From the sequence record NZ_CP019224.1: DNA of 64,000 nt; one strand, 5' to 3'. A model generated the notes under the pieces. It saw only the letters and a list, made by a program, of their open reading frames with translations. It did no database searches and was not told the DNA's origin. The stretch is from a plasmid. The position numbers and the translations under genes are program-made. Positions 17,422 to 28,106 of the stretch are shown one piece after another. The stretch's first letter is position 1; every line of letters begins with the position of its first letter.

Positions 17422-20400
17422 AGATTGGGTTCGCGCGCAAGCAAACTGCGCAGGCGCCGCCGTTTAAGCCTGAAACCCTTGACCTGCCGACTCCACTGAA
17501 AGTGCCGCCGCCACAAAGCAAACCGCTGTGGTCGGTGGCGTTGATCATCGGCCTGCTTGCGCTGTTCGGCGGAATGATGTGGATCAGCTTCGCCAGTGGT
17601 GCGCGCTCGTTTACCGGCGCGGGGTCATTTTTCCCGCTCCTGATGGTGGGCGGGCTGGTTGCGATGCTGTTCGGTGGCCGCGGCGGGTCGCAGGAGATGT
17701 CGCGCTCGAAGCTCGACGCGCTGCGGGCCCGGTTTTGCATGGTCATGGACGAGCTGCGAGGAACCACCTCAGAGTTGGCGGACCGGCTCGATCAGAATCA
17801 CCGCTGGTATCACCCCGCACCGGGCACCCTGGAAGCGGCCGTGGGCAGTATGCGGATGTGGGAGCGCAAGCCCAACGGGTCTGATACATGGTTCGGGGTG
17901 GCCCGGGTCGGGGTGGGCATGACGGATCTGATGGAATCCAATGCCGCCGTGTTCAACGAGCCGCAGGACGCGCCGACCGATATCGAGCTCGAACCGGTGA
18001 CCGGCAAGGTCCTCCAAGAGTTCATGCAATACCAGACGGTGGCCTACGGCACGCCGAAACTGGTGTCGCTGATGGTGGAGCCCGGCTATGAGCTACGCGG
18101 CCCGCGTGAGCGGGTGCTGGGCCTGATGCGCGCGATCCTGTGCGAATTGGTGTTTTTCCACGGCCCCGATCATCTGCGGCTGGTGGTGGTGACTTCTGAT
18201 GCGGCCGAGTGGGATTGGGTGAAGTGGCTACCACACGCCGGTGATCCGAAGCTCATTGACGGTGCGGGCCCGGTGCGCATGGTCTATGGGTCGGTCGCTG
18301 AGTTCCTTGACGCGCAAACTGAGGCAATGTCGCTGTCCACCCGCGGGGACTTCCGCTCGCGCCTGGGCGCGTCGAAGGACCCTATTGAGCCGTTGCCGCA
18401 CACGGTGGTCGTGTGCGACACCGAAGCGGGATGGGAGCGTCTCGGAAGCTCCGAAGGCGTCGCTGGGTTGACATTTTTCGACGTGCGCGGCCTAGGCCGC
18501 GTTCCGGCGTGCCGCGACGCGCGCCGGCGAGTGTTGTACATCGGTGAGAACGCTGTCATCTCGGCGGTGCCGCGCGACCCGATGACATGGGATCCGCAGG
18601 GGAACGATCCCCAGTTTTTCGCCTACGCCGATCAGATGAGCCGCGATGAGGCCGAGACGTTCGCCGAGCGCATGGCGCGCTTCCGGCTCGCCGAGGCCTA
18701 TGAGGCGATCGAAGTTGATTCCGGCAAGCAGGTGATGGCCCGAGACATCCTGTCGTACTACGGGATTGAGGACGCCGCCAATATTGATTTCGACAAGTTG
18801 TGGGGCCCGCGTAGTGACATCAACTCCCTGCAGCGGTTGAAGGTGCCACTGGGTAACCGGATGGACAACAATGAGCTGTTTTTCGTCGACATCAAGGAGG
18901 ACTCGGAAGGGGGCCAGGGCCCGCACGGGGTGATGGCCGGCACGACTGGCTCGGGCAAGACGACGATGCTGCGCGCCTTCATTGAGTCTCTGATGTTGGG
19001 GCACCCGCCGCAAAACCTGCAGTTCATGTTGGCCGACCTCAAGGGTGGCTCGGGTGTTCGGCCCTTTGCCGGGGTGCCTCACGTTTCGCAGATCATCACC
19101 GACCTCGAAGAGGACCAGGGTTTGATGACCCGTTTCATCGACGCGCTGGATGGCGAGATCGCGCGGCGCAAAGCCTTATGCGATGTGCCTGGCGCTGATG
19201 ATGTGGGGGTATACAACAAGATCCGTGCCGATCAGCTCGCAGCGGGGGCTGCTGAGGTGTTGCCGCCGCTGCCGGTACTGGTGGTGGTCATTGACGAGTT
19301 CGCCGAACTGTTTAAGTTGATGGGTCAAGAGATTCAGGACTCGTTGTATCAGATCGCCCGCCAAGGCCGCGCGTATTGGATTCATCTGCTGATGGCCAGC
19401 CAGCAGATCGAAACTCGCGCTGAGAAGCTGCTAGAAAACGTGGGGTACCGGATGGCCCTGCAGACCAATACGACACAGTCAGCCACGGCGATCGGTGTGC
19501 CGAATGCGGTGAACCTCAAGGGTTCTGGGCAGTGCTATTTCTTGCAGGGCAGCCCCGCGAACGGCACGCTGACGAAATTTCAGGGCGAGTTCTTGTGGCG
19601 TGAGTACCGCAAGCCTGGCACGGAGGACCTCGACGACGCGCCGCAAGTGAGCGCGGCGTCAGTGAGTTATTTTGCGCCGCAACTGTTCTCCACGGACTTC
19701 ACACCGTTGCCGCCGCCTGATGAGCTCGACGAGTCGCCAGCTGTGGATGGGGAAGTGGCTGATGTCGACGAGGTGACCGACGCGGGCGATAGCGAGGACG
19801 CCGAGGAGCGCAATGCGTTGATGCGCCCACAGGTGGGGCGCATCATCATCGACCAGCTGCGCCGGATTGACTTTGAGCCTTACCGGTTGTGGAAGCCGCC
19901 GCTGGATGCGCCGTGGAGCATCGAGAAACTGGTGAACACCTATCTGGGGCGGCCCTGGGACAGCGACTATGCGCGCACCCCGAACCTGGTGTTCCCTGTG
20001 GGGCTGGTGGACCGGCCATTCAAGCATGACCAGCATCCGCTGACCATTGACGTGTCGGGCCCGGGCGGCAATGTGGTGATCGTGGGTGCTCAGGGCTCGG
20101 GCAAAACGACTGCGCTGCAAGACCTGATCTGCGCGGCGGCCATGACGCACACCCCTGAGCAGGTGCAGTTTTACTGCCTGGCGTTTTCGTCGGCGGCCCT
20201 CAGTAGTGTGTCGGGGCTACCGCATGTGGGTGGTGTGTCGATGTCGCTTGATAGTGACGGTGTGCGCCGCACCGTGGCGGAGATCGCGGCGTTGCTCGCC
20301 TCGCGCAAGCGCAGCTTCGAGGCGACCGGCGTGATGTCGATGGAGGTGTTTCGCCGCCGCAAGGCTGGGCGTGAGCCCGGGGCTGTGCCTGAGGACGGTT

Positions 20401-21644
20401 ACGGCGATGTGTTCTTGGTGATCGACAACTATGCGGCGATGGTTAGCGAATATGAGGCGCTCGTCGAAGACAAGGTGAACAGGATCATCAAAGAGGGGCC
20501 CACGTTCGGGATTCACGTGGTCGCCGCGGTGACCAAGAACACCGATCTGCAGGTGACGGTGCGGGGTAACTTCGGGTCTCGGGTGGAGCTTCGTCTGGCC
20601 GACTTCAACGAAGCGACGCTGGTGGCTAAGGCGAGACTGGCCACGGCTGTGCCGGCGCGGCCAGGGCGCGGCATGATTGGGCAAAATTACGAACGCACCG
20701 GCGTAGACCCCGTGGGGTTGCACACGTTGATGGCGCGCCCGGCGCTGGAGTCCACCGCCGCGGAGGTGTTCGATTCACGCAGTGTCGCCGAGGCTGTCAG
20801 CCGCCAGGCCGGTAGGTTCAATCCTGCACGTAAGGTGCGCAGGCTGCCAGGGCGGGTTTCGCCGGCCGAGCTGGCGGCGACAGCCGCCACCGATGATCGC
20901 ACCCCCACGTCGATCGTGTGGGCGCTCGACGAGACCGAACGGCCGGTGTTTTTGGCCAGTCAGCATCTGATCATCGCCGGGCAACCCAAGTGTGGGCGCA
21001 CGACGGCGTGTGCAACATTGATGCGCGAGATTCGCAGGGTTTACGCCCCGGGCGCTGACGGCGCTACGGGGCCGGGGCTGGAAGAAACGGCCGACCGCCC
21101 CGCGGCCCAGGTGTGGCTCATTGATCCGCGCCGCCAGCTACTCAACGTGCTGGATAAGTCCTACGTGCAGCGTTTCGCCTCGACGCCGGACTCGGTCAAA
21201 GCGCGCATGGGCGAGCTGGCCGCGGTCCTTGCGCCGCGGCTGCCCAGCGACGATTTATCGGTCGATGACATCGGCCGGCGCCACTGGCAGGGTCCGGAAA
21301 TCTTTTTGATCATCGACGATTCTGAGCGGTTGCCGGTCGGCTTCGACTCACCTCTGGGGGTGATCGAACGGTTCGTGCAGGCCGGCGACGACGTCGGGTT
21401 GCACATCATCTACACCCGCCAGTTCGCGGCGTTCATGGCGGGCCTGGGGGCCGACCCCGTGTTCAGGATGCTCAAGCAGGCCAGGGAGCCGGAGCTGATC
21501 ATGGATTCCGACCCCGATCAAGGATTCGTGAAGGGCAAATGGAAAGGCCATTGGATGCCCAAGGGCCGCGGATTCTTGCTGAATACCGCCGAATCGGGCG
21601 AATCGGGAATTTATGTCCAAGTCGCTGACGCCGGCCTCGGATAG
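17418..21644 (+). CDS. eccC: EccC, fused FtsK/SpoIIIE-family ATPase of ESX system
   Basis: 1408-aa ORF. The ATGA overlaps the eccB stop. N-terminal TM helices. Three P-loop NTPase domains: GTTGSGKTT, GAQGSGKTT and the degenerate GQPKCGRTT. Walker B-like VVIDEFAEL and LVIDNYAAM. Confidence 0.9.
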   Translation: MKIGFARKQTAQAPPFKPETLDLPTPLKVPPPQSKPLWSVALIIGLLALFGGMMWISFASGARSFTGAGSFFPLLMVGGLVAMLFGGRGGSQEMSRSKLDALRARFCMVMDELRGTTSELADRLDQNHRWYHPAPGTLEAAVGSMRMWERKPNGSDTWFGVARVGVGMTDLMESNAAVFNEPQDAPTDIELEPVTGKVLQEFMQYQTVAYGTPKLVSLMVEPGYELRGPRERVLGLMRAILCELVFFHGPDHLRLVVVTSDAAEWDWVKWLPHAGDPKLIDGAGPVRMVYGSVAEFLDAQTEAMSLSTRGDFRSRLGASKDPIEPLPHTVVVCDTEAGWERLGSSEGVAGLTFFDVRGLGRVPACRDARRRVLYIGENAVISAVPRDPMTWDPQGNDPQFFAYADQMSRDEAETFAERMARFRLAEAYEAIEVDSGKQVMARDILSYYGIEDAANIDFDKLWGPRSDINSLQRLKVPLGNRMDNNELFFVDIKEDSEGGQGPHGVMAGTTGSGKTTMLRAFIESLMLGHPPQNLQFMLADLKGGSGVRPFAGVPHVSQIITDLEEDQGLMTRFIDALDGEIARRKALCDVPGADDVGVYNKIRADQLAAGAAEVLPPLPVLVVVIDEFAELFKLMGQEIQDSLYQIARQGRAYWIHLLMASQQIETRAEKLLENVGYRMALQTNTTQSATAIGVPNAVNLKGSGQCYFLQGSPANGTLTKFQGEFLWREYRKPGTEDLDDAPQVSAASVSYFAPQLFSTDFTPLPPPDELDESPAVDGEVADVDEVTDAGDSEDAEERNALMRPQVGRIIIDQLRRIDFEPYRLWKPPLDAPWSIEKLVNTYLGRPWDSDYARTPNLVFPVGLVDRPFKHDQHPLTIDVSGPGGNVVIVGAQGSGKTTALQDLICAAAMTHTPEQVQFYCLAFSSAALSSVSGLPHVGGVSMSLDSDGVRRTVAEIAALLASRKRSFEATGVMSMEVFRRRKAGREPGAVPEDGYGDVFLVIDNYAAMVSEYEALVEDKVNRIIKEGPTFGIHVVAAVTKNTDLQVTVRGNFGSRVELRLADFNEATLVAKARLATAVPARPGRGMIGQNYERTGVDPVGLHTLMARPALESTAAEVFDSRSVAEAVSRQAGRFNPARKVRRLPGRVSPAELAATAATDDRTPTSIVWALDETERPVFLASQHLIIAGQPKCGRTTACATLMREIRRVYAPGADGATGPGLEETADRPAAQVWLIDPRRQLLNVLDKSYVQRFASTPDSVKARMGELAAVLAPRLPSDDLSVDDIGRRHWQGPEIFLIIDDSERLPVGFDSPLGVIERFVQAGDDVGLHIIYTRQFAAFMAGLGADPVFRMLKQAREPELIMDSDPDQGFVKGKWKGHWMPKGRGFLLNTAESGESGIYVQVADAGLG

Positions 21645-21737
21645 ATCTGCGATGGGCCGCGCGTAAGCCCGCGGGCGTCGATACACTTTTGTCATCAGAC
21701 CGGTCAATGTCCGGTCGGCTCTTTACGGGAGGGTTCC

Positions 21738-22034
21738 ATGTTTGTCGAGGCATTACCTGCGGGCATTGATGCATCCGCGTCCGGGTTGGCCGGGATCGGG
21801 GCGGCGGTAGCGGCGGGCAACGCCGCAGGAGCCGCACCCACACTGGGCGTGGTGCCGCCGGCGCCAGAGCCGGCGTCGGTTCTGTTGGCCGCGGCGTTCG
21901 GCACCCATGCCGGCGTGTATCAGGCCACCCAAGCCATCGGGGAGGTCGTCCACCAGATGTTCGTCTCGACCATGGGCATCAGCTCGGCCGACTACGCCGC
22001 CACCGAGGTCCTCAACACCGCTGCGATGGTCTAG
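21738..22034 (+). CDS. PE family protein (ESX-associated PE)
   Basis: 98-aa Ala/Gly-rich helical protein (...GLAGIGAAVAAGNAAGAAPTLGVVPPA...FGTHAGVYQATQAIGEVVHQMFVSTMGISSADYAATE). Its size and position immediately before a PPE gene are typical. A purine-rich stretch (GGGAGGG) lies upstream of the ATG. Confidence 0.75.
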   Translation: MFVEALPAGIDASASGLAGIGAAVAAGNAAGAAPTLGVVPPAPEPASVLLAAAFGTHAGVYQATQAIGEVVHQMFVSTMGISSADYAATEVLNTAAMV

Positions 22035-22063
22035 GTCTAGCCCGCGGGTTAGCGCCCACAGCC

Positions 22064-23218
22064 ATGGATTACGAGCTGCCACCTGAGATCAACTCGGGCC
22101 GCATGTATGCCGGCCTGGGTTCAGCGTCTCTGATGGAATCAGCCGCCGCATGGCAGGCACTGGCCGCGCAGCTCGGGTCCGCAGGAGCGGCGTTTGGGGC
22201 GGTGATCGAAGCGCTGACCAGCACGGCGTGGGCGGGGCCCTCGTCGATGTCGATGGCGCTGTCGGCAGCCCCGTACGTGGTGTGGATGATCGAGACGGCC
22301 GCGCAATGCCAGGAAGCCGCCGCGGCCGCGGCGGCGGCCGCGGCGGCGTTCGAGGCTGCCCGGGCCGGGGTGGTGCCCCCACCGGTGATCGCCGAGAACC
22401 GGGCGCAGCTGGCGGCCCTGGTGTCGACGAACTTCATGGGGTTCAACACTCCGGCGATCATGGCCAACGAGGCTCACTACGGTCAGATGTGGTCCCAAGA
22501 CACCGCGACGATGTACGACTTCGCCGGGAATGCCTCGGGGATCACCGGCGCGCTGGTCCCGTTCGTGCCGCCAGCGCCCAACTCGGACCCGATCGGGTTG
22601 GCCGCGCAAGCGGCCGCGTTGGGCCAGTCGGGCGGCACCGCCGCCGGGCAGCAGCCGTTCAATTTCGCCAGCAGCGCGGGAAGCATGCCGGCGGGTTTGG
22701 ACGGCGAATCCATGTTGTCGATGGGCCCGCAGCTGGTGAGCACGATTCCCCAAGCGCTGCAAGGGCTCTCGTCACCGCTGAGCCAGGGGTTGGGGGGCAG
22801 CGGTCTGGGCCAATTCAATTCGCTGCTGAGCCCGTTTATGAGTTTTATGAATCCGGGCATGTTCGGTGGGGGCACTGCGTCGACCTTGACCAGTGCGACC
22901 GGGCCCGGACTTGCGGGGATGGGCGGGGCAGCCTCGGAGGTGGAGGCCGTGGCGGGCCGCGCGGGATCGCTGGGCGGGTTGTCGGTGCCGGCAACCTGGA
23001 CGGCCGGCGCCAGCGGGGAGTCGGCTAGTACGGCGCGGGCGGTCGCACCGGTGGCCGCCTCGGGCGGGGGCACGTCGATGGGGGCTGCACCGGCCACCAC
23101 CGGGGGCTCCGGCATGTATGGGGGCACGCCGATGGCCGCGGGTATGCACGGGCGCGGCACGGACAGCGACGGCTCACCTCGCTATGGAAAACCCGTCAAA
23201 GTGCTACGCCGACGTTAG
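22064..23218 (+). CDS. PPE family protein
   Basis: 384 aa. The N-terminus MDYELPPEINSGRMYAGLGSASL carries the PPE motif at positions 6-8. WxG-like AWAGPSS. A Gly/Ala/Ser-rich C-terminus. Confidence 0.85.
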   Translation: MDYELPPEINSGRMYAGLGSASLMESAAAWQALAAQLGSAGAAFGAVIEALTSTAWAGPSSMSMALSAAPYVVWMIETAAQCQEAAAAAAAAAAAFEAARAGVVPPPVIAENRAQLAALVSTNFMGFNTPAIMANEAHYGQMWSQDTATMYDFAGNASGITGALVPFVPPAPNSDPIGLAAQAAALGQSGGTAAGQQPFNFASSAGSMPAGLDGESMLSMGPQLVSTIPQALQGLSSPLSQGLGGSGLGQFNSLLSPFMSFMNPGMFGGGTASTLTSATGPGLAGMGGAASEVEAVAGRAGSLGGLSVPATWTAGASGESASTARAVAPVAASGGGTSMGAAPATTGGSGMYGGTPMAAGMHGRGTDSDGSPRYGKPVKVLRRR

Positions 23219-23331
23219 CGCCGAATTGGTGACATCATGTGCACGGAAAAATTCGTTCAAATAGCTTGCGCCGGCCGTTGCCCGGCGTTAGATCGGGCCA
23301 ATAGACTGGCAACACAGCAACGCTGAAATAA

Positions 23332-23658
<327 letters not shown>

Positions 23659-23702
23659 CCGCCAGGTCCCTACCCACTTTTACGCCAAGGAGACGTACAA
23701 CC

Positions 23703-23987
23703 ATGTCGATCAACTATCAGTTCGGCGACGTCGACGCCCACGGCGCCCTGATCCGCGCCCAGGCCGCTTCCCTGGAAGCCGAGCACCAAGCGATCGTGCG
23801 CGATGTGCTCGCGGCCGGGGATTTTTGGGGTGGCGCCGGGTCGGTCGCCTGCCAGGAGTTCATCACCCAGTTGGGCCGCAACTTCCAGGTGATCTACGAG
23901 CAGGCCAACGCTCACGGACAGAAGGTGCAGACCGCCGGAAGCAACATGAACAGCACCGACAGCGCCGTCGGATCTTCGTGGGCCTAG
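23703..23987 (+). CDS. esxN: WXG100 protein, EsxA/ESAT-6 subfamily (EsxN-like)
   Basis: 94 aa. MSINYQFGDVDAHGALIRAQAASLEAEHQAIVRDVLAAGDFWGGAGSVACQEFITQLGRNFQVIYEQANAHGQKVQTAG. WxG motif. Strong resemblance to the ESX-5 EsxN/Mtb9.9 family as I recall it. Confidence 0.9.
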   Translation: MSINYQFGDVDAHGALIRAQAASLEAEHQAIVRDVLAAGDFWGGAGSVACQEFITQLGRNFQVIYEQANAHGQKVQTAGSNMNSTDSAVGSSWA

Positions 23988-24065
23988 CCCGCACTGTTCC
24001 AGCCAACGACGTGGCGGCACCGGATTCGGTGCCGCCACGTCAGCGTTTGAGCAAGGAAACCTGCT

Positions 24066-24986
24066 ATGACGAGCGCCGAAATTCCGGCCACCCCGACTTC
24101 TGACATCACCGTCAACCTCGAGGGACTGTGGCTGCTGCAAGCCATGCTGGGCATTCCCCAGCTCGCCCCCGAACTGCGCGGACGCCCCTACGGACAACCA
24201 CGAAACACCGACTGGCTCACCGCGCACCCGGGTTTGGCGGTGCTGGTCGACCAAGGCATCGCCGATGAGGATGCGATGGTGCGTGCTGATATCGCCGCGC
24301 GCATGAAGGTGCTGGCCGCGCCCGACGTTGAAGTCATCTTGCTGGTCTGCCGCGGGGCGATGAACGTGGTGACACCGGTGGTGATGGATGATCCCACTAC
24401 CTGGCGCGCGATCCCCGATGAGCAGCTGCGCGTTGTGCTGGCCCGCCGCGACGGCCGGTGGGCCTCTGCGGTGCGCGCCGGGTCCTACGTCACCATTGAC
24501 GACTGTCCGGGCACCGACCAGGAATGGGTGCAACGCCTAGTCTTTGAAGCTCTGGACTCGGTGCACTGGGTGGAGCCGGCGCGGATCAGCGCGGTCAACG
24601 TGCCGCTGGATGACATGCGTACCGCGATCACGTTGCACGCCAAGGCGGGCTCGGCAGCAGCGAAAATGGCTGCGCTGCGCGCACTGGGGCTGCGCGGGGG
24701 TGCGCTGGCTGAGCTGGGCGCGGCGTTAGAAGATCCCCAAGCTGAGGCGTTGGTTTATGCGCGCGCCCATGTGGATGCCGACACGGTGTGGAGCGAAACG
24801 GTGCTCAACCTGCGCGACACTGCCTCGGGGCGGGTGGCGCTGTACCGACTGAACCCGCCCGCGGGCAGCCAGCAGGAGTGGCTGGCCATCGCCCCGGCGG
24901 GTCCTGCCCAGCTGCATCACGCGCTGACGACGGTCTTCGACAGTGTCGGTGTGCGCGCCTGGGACAGTCATGAACGAATGGCCTGA
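24066..24986 (+). CDS. espG: EspG, PE/PPE-specific ESX chaperone
   Basis: 306-aa ORF directly downstream of the esx pair, as in ESX-5 and ESX-2. About 300 aa, with no TM segment and no P-loop; size, composition and position fit EspG. Confidence 0.7.
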   Translation: MTSAEIPATPTSDITVNLEGLWLLQAMLGIPQLAPELRGRPYGQPRNTDWLTAHPGLAVLVDQGIADEDAMVRADIAARMKVLAAPDVEVILLVCRGAMNVVTPVVMDDPTTWRAIPDEQLRVVLARRDGRWASAVRAGSYVTIDDCPGTDQEWVQRLVFEALDSVHWVEPARISAVNVPLDDMRTAITLHAKAGSAAAKMAALRALGLRGGALAELGAALEDPQAEALVYARAHVDADTVWSETVLNLRDTASGRVALYRLNPPAGSQQEWLAIAPAGPAQLHHALTTVFDSVGVRAWDSHERMA

Positions 24987-25106
24987 CAAAAAGCGGTACC
25001 GCCGTGCCAGCAAAGTGTTCTCGATGAATACCGAGCGGGCGTGGTATAGCGAGAATTCTGCCTTTAGGATCGGACATAGTAACCGCCAGCCATATGGGGA
25101 CTAGGA

Positions 25107-26579
25107 ATGACTGACAATTCGGACTTCATGTCGCGTTATCTGCCGCCGGAAAACAGCGAGCAACAGCGCGAGCATCCGGCGCCTGCCGAGGATGCCACCG
25201 AGGAGGTGTCGTTGGCTGATGTGCGGGTGCCCGAGCCGGGTGCGCCGCCGCCACCTCACATGCCGCCGGTGGGTGGCTACGAGTTCGGGCCACCGCCAGC
25301 CGAGGGGAACCGCCACGAGGCGTGGCCCGCGGCGCCGGGGGGCACTGAAGGTGCTCATGCTCAGGCCGAACCGGCACCACCGCCGCCGCCGGGTGCGGGG
25401 CCCTCGTTCGGGCCGCCGCCGCCGGGCGGGCATCCCCATGCTGTGCCGCGGCCCCCGGCGCCTCGGGCACCGGACGCGGAGCCGTCAGTTGGGCGCGGCC
25501 CGGGAGGGCAGGCGCCCGACCCGATCCCGCCGCGCCCGCAGTTCGATCAGCGCAACCCGCCGCCGCCGCCGCGGTGGTCACCCCCGCGTGTGGACCCTAA
25601 GCAACGGTGGGCGCCGCGGCCAGACCTTCGCACTCCCAGCTCGGCACCGACCCGGCATGTCCAGGTCGAGGAGGTCGTGAAACGGCGCCGCGAACCGGCG
25701 AAAATGGGGTGGCGCAAGGCGGTTCACGCCTGCACAGGTGGGCTGGTCAATCTGGGTGCGGGTGCTCATGAGCGTCAACTGATCGACTGGAAGTCTCGTG
25801 TGGCTTCCAACATTCCCGGCACGTATCAGATCGCGGCGATTTCGATCAAAGGCGGCGTCGGCAAGACGCGGGTGACTGCCGGTGTGGGCACCGTGTTCGC
25901 CTTTGAGCGTGGGCAGCCGGTCTTGGCGATCGACGCCGACACCACCTACGGGGGCCTGGGTCGCTTCGTTGATCGCGAGGCGCTGAACTCGATTGGCGAT
26001 CTGCTTGCGGCCAAGGAGGTGGTTGTCGACTATCCCAAGGCTCGTCACTACACCGGGAAGAACCCCCAGGGCCTAGAAGTGTTGCCGGGCAACCAGAATG
26101 TGGCCAACCCGATGGACCTGGACAAGGACGTGTTCTACGACACCGCTGAGCTGACGCGGCGCTTTTACCAACTGACACTGGTGGATTGCGGCGCCGAAGT
26201 CGAGACCGAATTTTTCAAAACAGTGTTGTCGAACACCGACGCGTTGATGATCATCGGCAGCTGCAACGCCGAGGGCGGACTGGCGATCGAGACCACGGTG
26301 GAGTGGCTGGCCGCACGCAACGGTCACGAACTGCTCAAGCGCTCGGTGATTGTGCTCAACGACATCCATGACTGCGCGTCCAAGGCGTTTATCTCCCATA
26401 TCACCGAGACGCTGGGGCCGCGGGTGCGTTCGGTGAAGACGATCCCATGGGATGCGCATTTGCGCGACGCGGATACGCTCGATTTTCCGGCCTTGCACAA
26501 GCGCACTCGGTTGGCGTTTTTGGAGCTGGCGGCCGAGCTGGCCGAAGGGTTCCCGACCGCGGGGGCGCTGAGCGCGTGA
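25107..26579 (+). CDS. EspI-like protein (Pro-rich N-terminal region + ParA/MinD-type P-loop ATPase domain)
   Basis: 490 aa. The N-terminal 200 aa are extremely Pro-rich. The C-terminus has a deviant Walker A, ISIKGGVGKT, and a Walker B-like LAIDADTTYGG. The same architecture and position (between esx/espG and eccD) as EspI (ESX-1) and Rv3888c (ESX-2). Confidence 0.7.
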   Translation: MTDNSDFMSRYLPPENSEQQREHPAPAEDATEEVSLADVRVPEPGAPPPPHMPPVGGYEFGPPPAEGNRHEAWPAAPGGTEGAHAQAEPAPPPPPGAGPSFGPPPPGGHPHAVPRPPAPRAPDAEPSVGRGPGGQAPDPIPPRPQFDQRNPPPPPRWSPPRVDPKQRWAPRPDLRTPSSAPTRHVQVEEVVKRRREPAKMGWRKAVHACTGGLVNLGAGAHERQLIDWKSRVASNIPGTYQIAAISIKGGVGKTRVTAGVGTVFAFERGQPVLAIDADTTYGGLGRFVDREALNSIGDLLAAKEVVVDYPKARHYTGKNPQGLEVLPGNQNVANPMDLDKDVFYDTAELTRRFYQLTLVDCGAEVETEFFKTVLSNTDALMIIGSCNAEGGLAIETTVEWLAARNGHELLKRSVIVLNDIHDCASKAFISHITETLGPRVRSVKTIPWDAHLRDADTLDFPALHKRTRLAFLELAAELAEGFPTAGALSA

Positions 26580-28090
26580 CCCTCGAGCGGCAGCACGACA
26601 ACCCTGTCACGGCGGCGGCTGCGCCGGCCCTGCCTGATCGGGTGTTGGTGGCGGTCATCGCGGGGGCCACCAAGATCGGGGTGGTGTTGGATGCCACCGC
26701 CTCAGTGTCAGTGCAGTTGGCGGCGCTGGTGGATCTGGTCAACACTCGACTCGGTGAACTGGGGGAGCCGGCGTTGACGGCAGGCCCGCGGGGCCGCTGG
26801 ACACTGTGCTGGGTCGATGGCAGCCCCCTGAAGCCAGGCCTGTCTTTGGCCGCCCAAGGGGTCAGCGACGGCACCCGGTTGTGGCTGCGGTTCGCCGCCG
26901 ACACCGAGGCCCGGATCAACGTCGTCGAACACGTCACCTCGGCGGTGGCCGCTGAGCTGAGCAGACGCTGGCCTGCTGTCACGCCGGTGTGGGCGGCGCG
27001 CGTCGGCGCGGGCATGGTGGTGGCCGGCGTGCTGGCCGCCACGGCCCTGCTGGGGCGTTGGCGTTACGGGCATCTGGGCTGGGCGCCGGCCATCTATTGT
27101 GGCGGGCTGGCGGCGCTGCTGCTGGCGGCGGCGGCGATCATCTTGGCGCGCCAAGCCAGTCGGCTGGCGCGCGGCGTCGGTGACACGCTGTTGTTGACCG
27201 GATGCCTCCCGTTGGCGGTGGGGGCTGCTGCTGCGGTACCGGGGCCGATGGGTGCCCCGCACGCCGCGTTGGGATTGGCGAGCGCGTTGGTCGCCGCGGT
27301 GCTGGTAGTGCGGTTCACCGGCCGCCATATCGCGTTGGGCACGACGGTGATCGTCACTGCGGCAGTCGGTGTTGTGGTGGGTTCGGTGCGTATGGTGCTG
27401 GTGACCTCGGCGCCGATCCTGTTGGCGGTCGTGCTGCTGGTGTCGCTGATCGGGATGCATGTGTCGCCCACCGTGGCGCGCTGGGTGGCCGGGATTCGGC
27501 TGCCGGTCTTCCCTTCAGCGTCGGGCCAGTGGATTTTTGAGGCGCGTCCGGATTTGCCGGCTGATCATGCGGTGGCCAGCGGTCAGGTGGCCACGTTCGC
27601 CGGGCCTGAGTCGGTGCGTGAGGTGACGGTGGCCACCGACCGGGCCCACTCCTATCTGACCGGGTTGCTGGTTGCGACAACAGGTTTGGTGGTGGTGTGC
27701 AGCGTCGGGTTGTGCGATCCGCATGCGCCGCGACGCTGGCTGCCGCTGGTGTTGGCGGGGCTGGTGGCGGTCGCGGTGCTGCTGCGCGGCCGTTCGTTCA
27801 CCGATCGCTGGCAGGCGACGATCTTCGCGCTGGCCGCCGTGGCATTGGTGATCGGGGTGGCCGGGCGCTATGTGTTGGGGTTGTGGACGATGCCGGCATT
27901 GCTGGCGGGGGTATCGGCGATGGTGGCCGTCCCGGTGGCTGGCTTGGTGGCCGGTGTGGTGGTGCCCAACCGCTTCTACACTCCGACGTTCCGCAAGATC
28001 GTCGAGTGGGTCGAATATGTCTGCCTGACAGGCATTTTCCCGTTGGCGTTTTGGCTGATGGGTGTGCTGGCCGCGATCCGGTACCGATAG
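26576..28090 (+). CDS. eccD: EccD, ESX membrane channel component
   Basis: A GTG start overlaps the upstream stop (GTGA). The first ~100 aa are a ubiquitin-like soluble N-terminal domain. These are followed by about 11 predicted hydrophobic helices (long Ala/Val/Leu/Gly runs), the EccD topology. Confidence 0.8.
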   Translation: MTLERQHDNPVTAAAAPALPDRVLVAVIAGATKIGVVLDATASVSVQLAALVDLVNTRLGELGEPALTAGPRGRWTLCWVDGSPLKPGLSLAAQGVSDGTRLWLRFAADTEARINVVEHVTSAVAAELSRRWPAVTPVWAARVGAGMVVAGVLAATALLGRWRYGHLGWAPAIYCGGLAALLLAAAAIILARQASRLARGVGDTLLLTGCLPLAVGAAAAVPGPMGAPHAALGLASALVAAVLVVRFTGRHIALGTTVIVTAAVGVVVGSVRMVLVTSAPILLAVVLLVSLIGMHVSPTVARWVAGIRLPVFPSASGQWIFEARPDLPADHAVASGQVATFAGPESVREVTVATDRAHSYLTGLLVATTGLVVVCSVGLCDPHAPRRWLPLVLAGLVAVAVLLRGRSFTDRWQATIFALAAVALVIGVAGRYVLGLWTMPALLAGVSAMVAVPVAGLVAGVVVPNRFYTPTFRKIVEWVEYVCLTGIFPLAFWLMGVLAAIRYR

Positions 28091-28106
28091 CGGGGGTGGT
28101 TGTTCG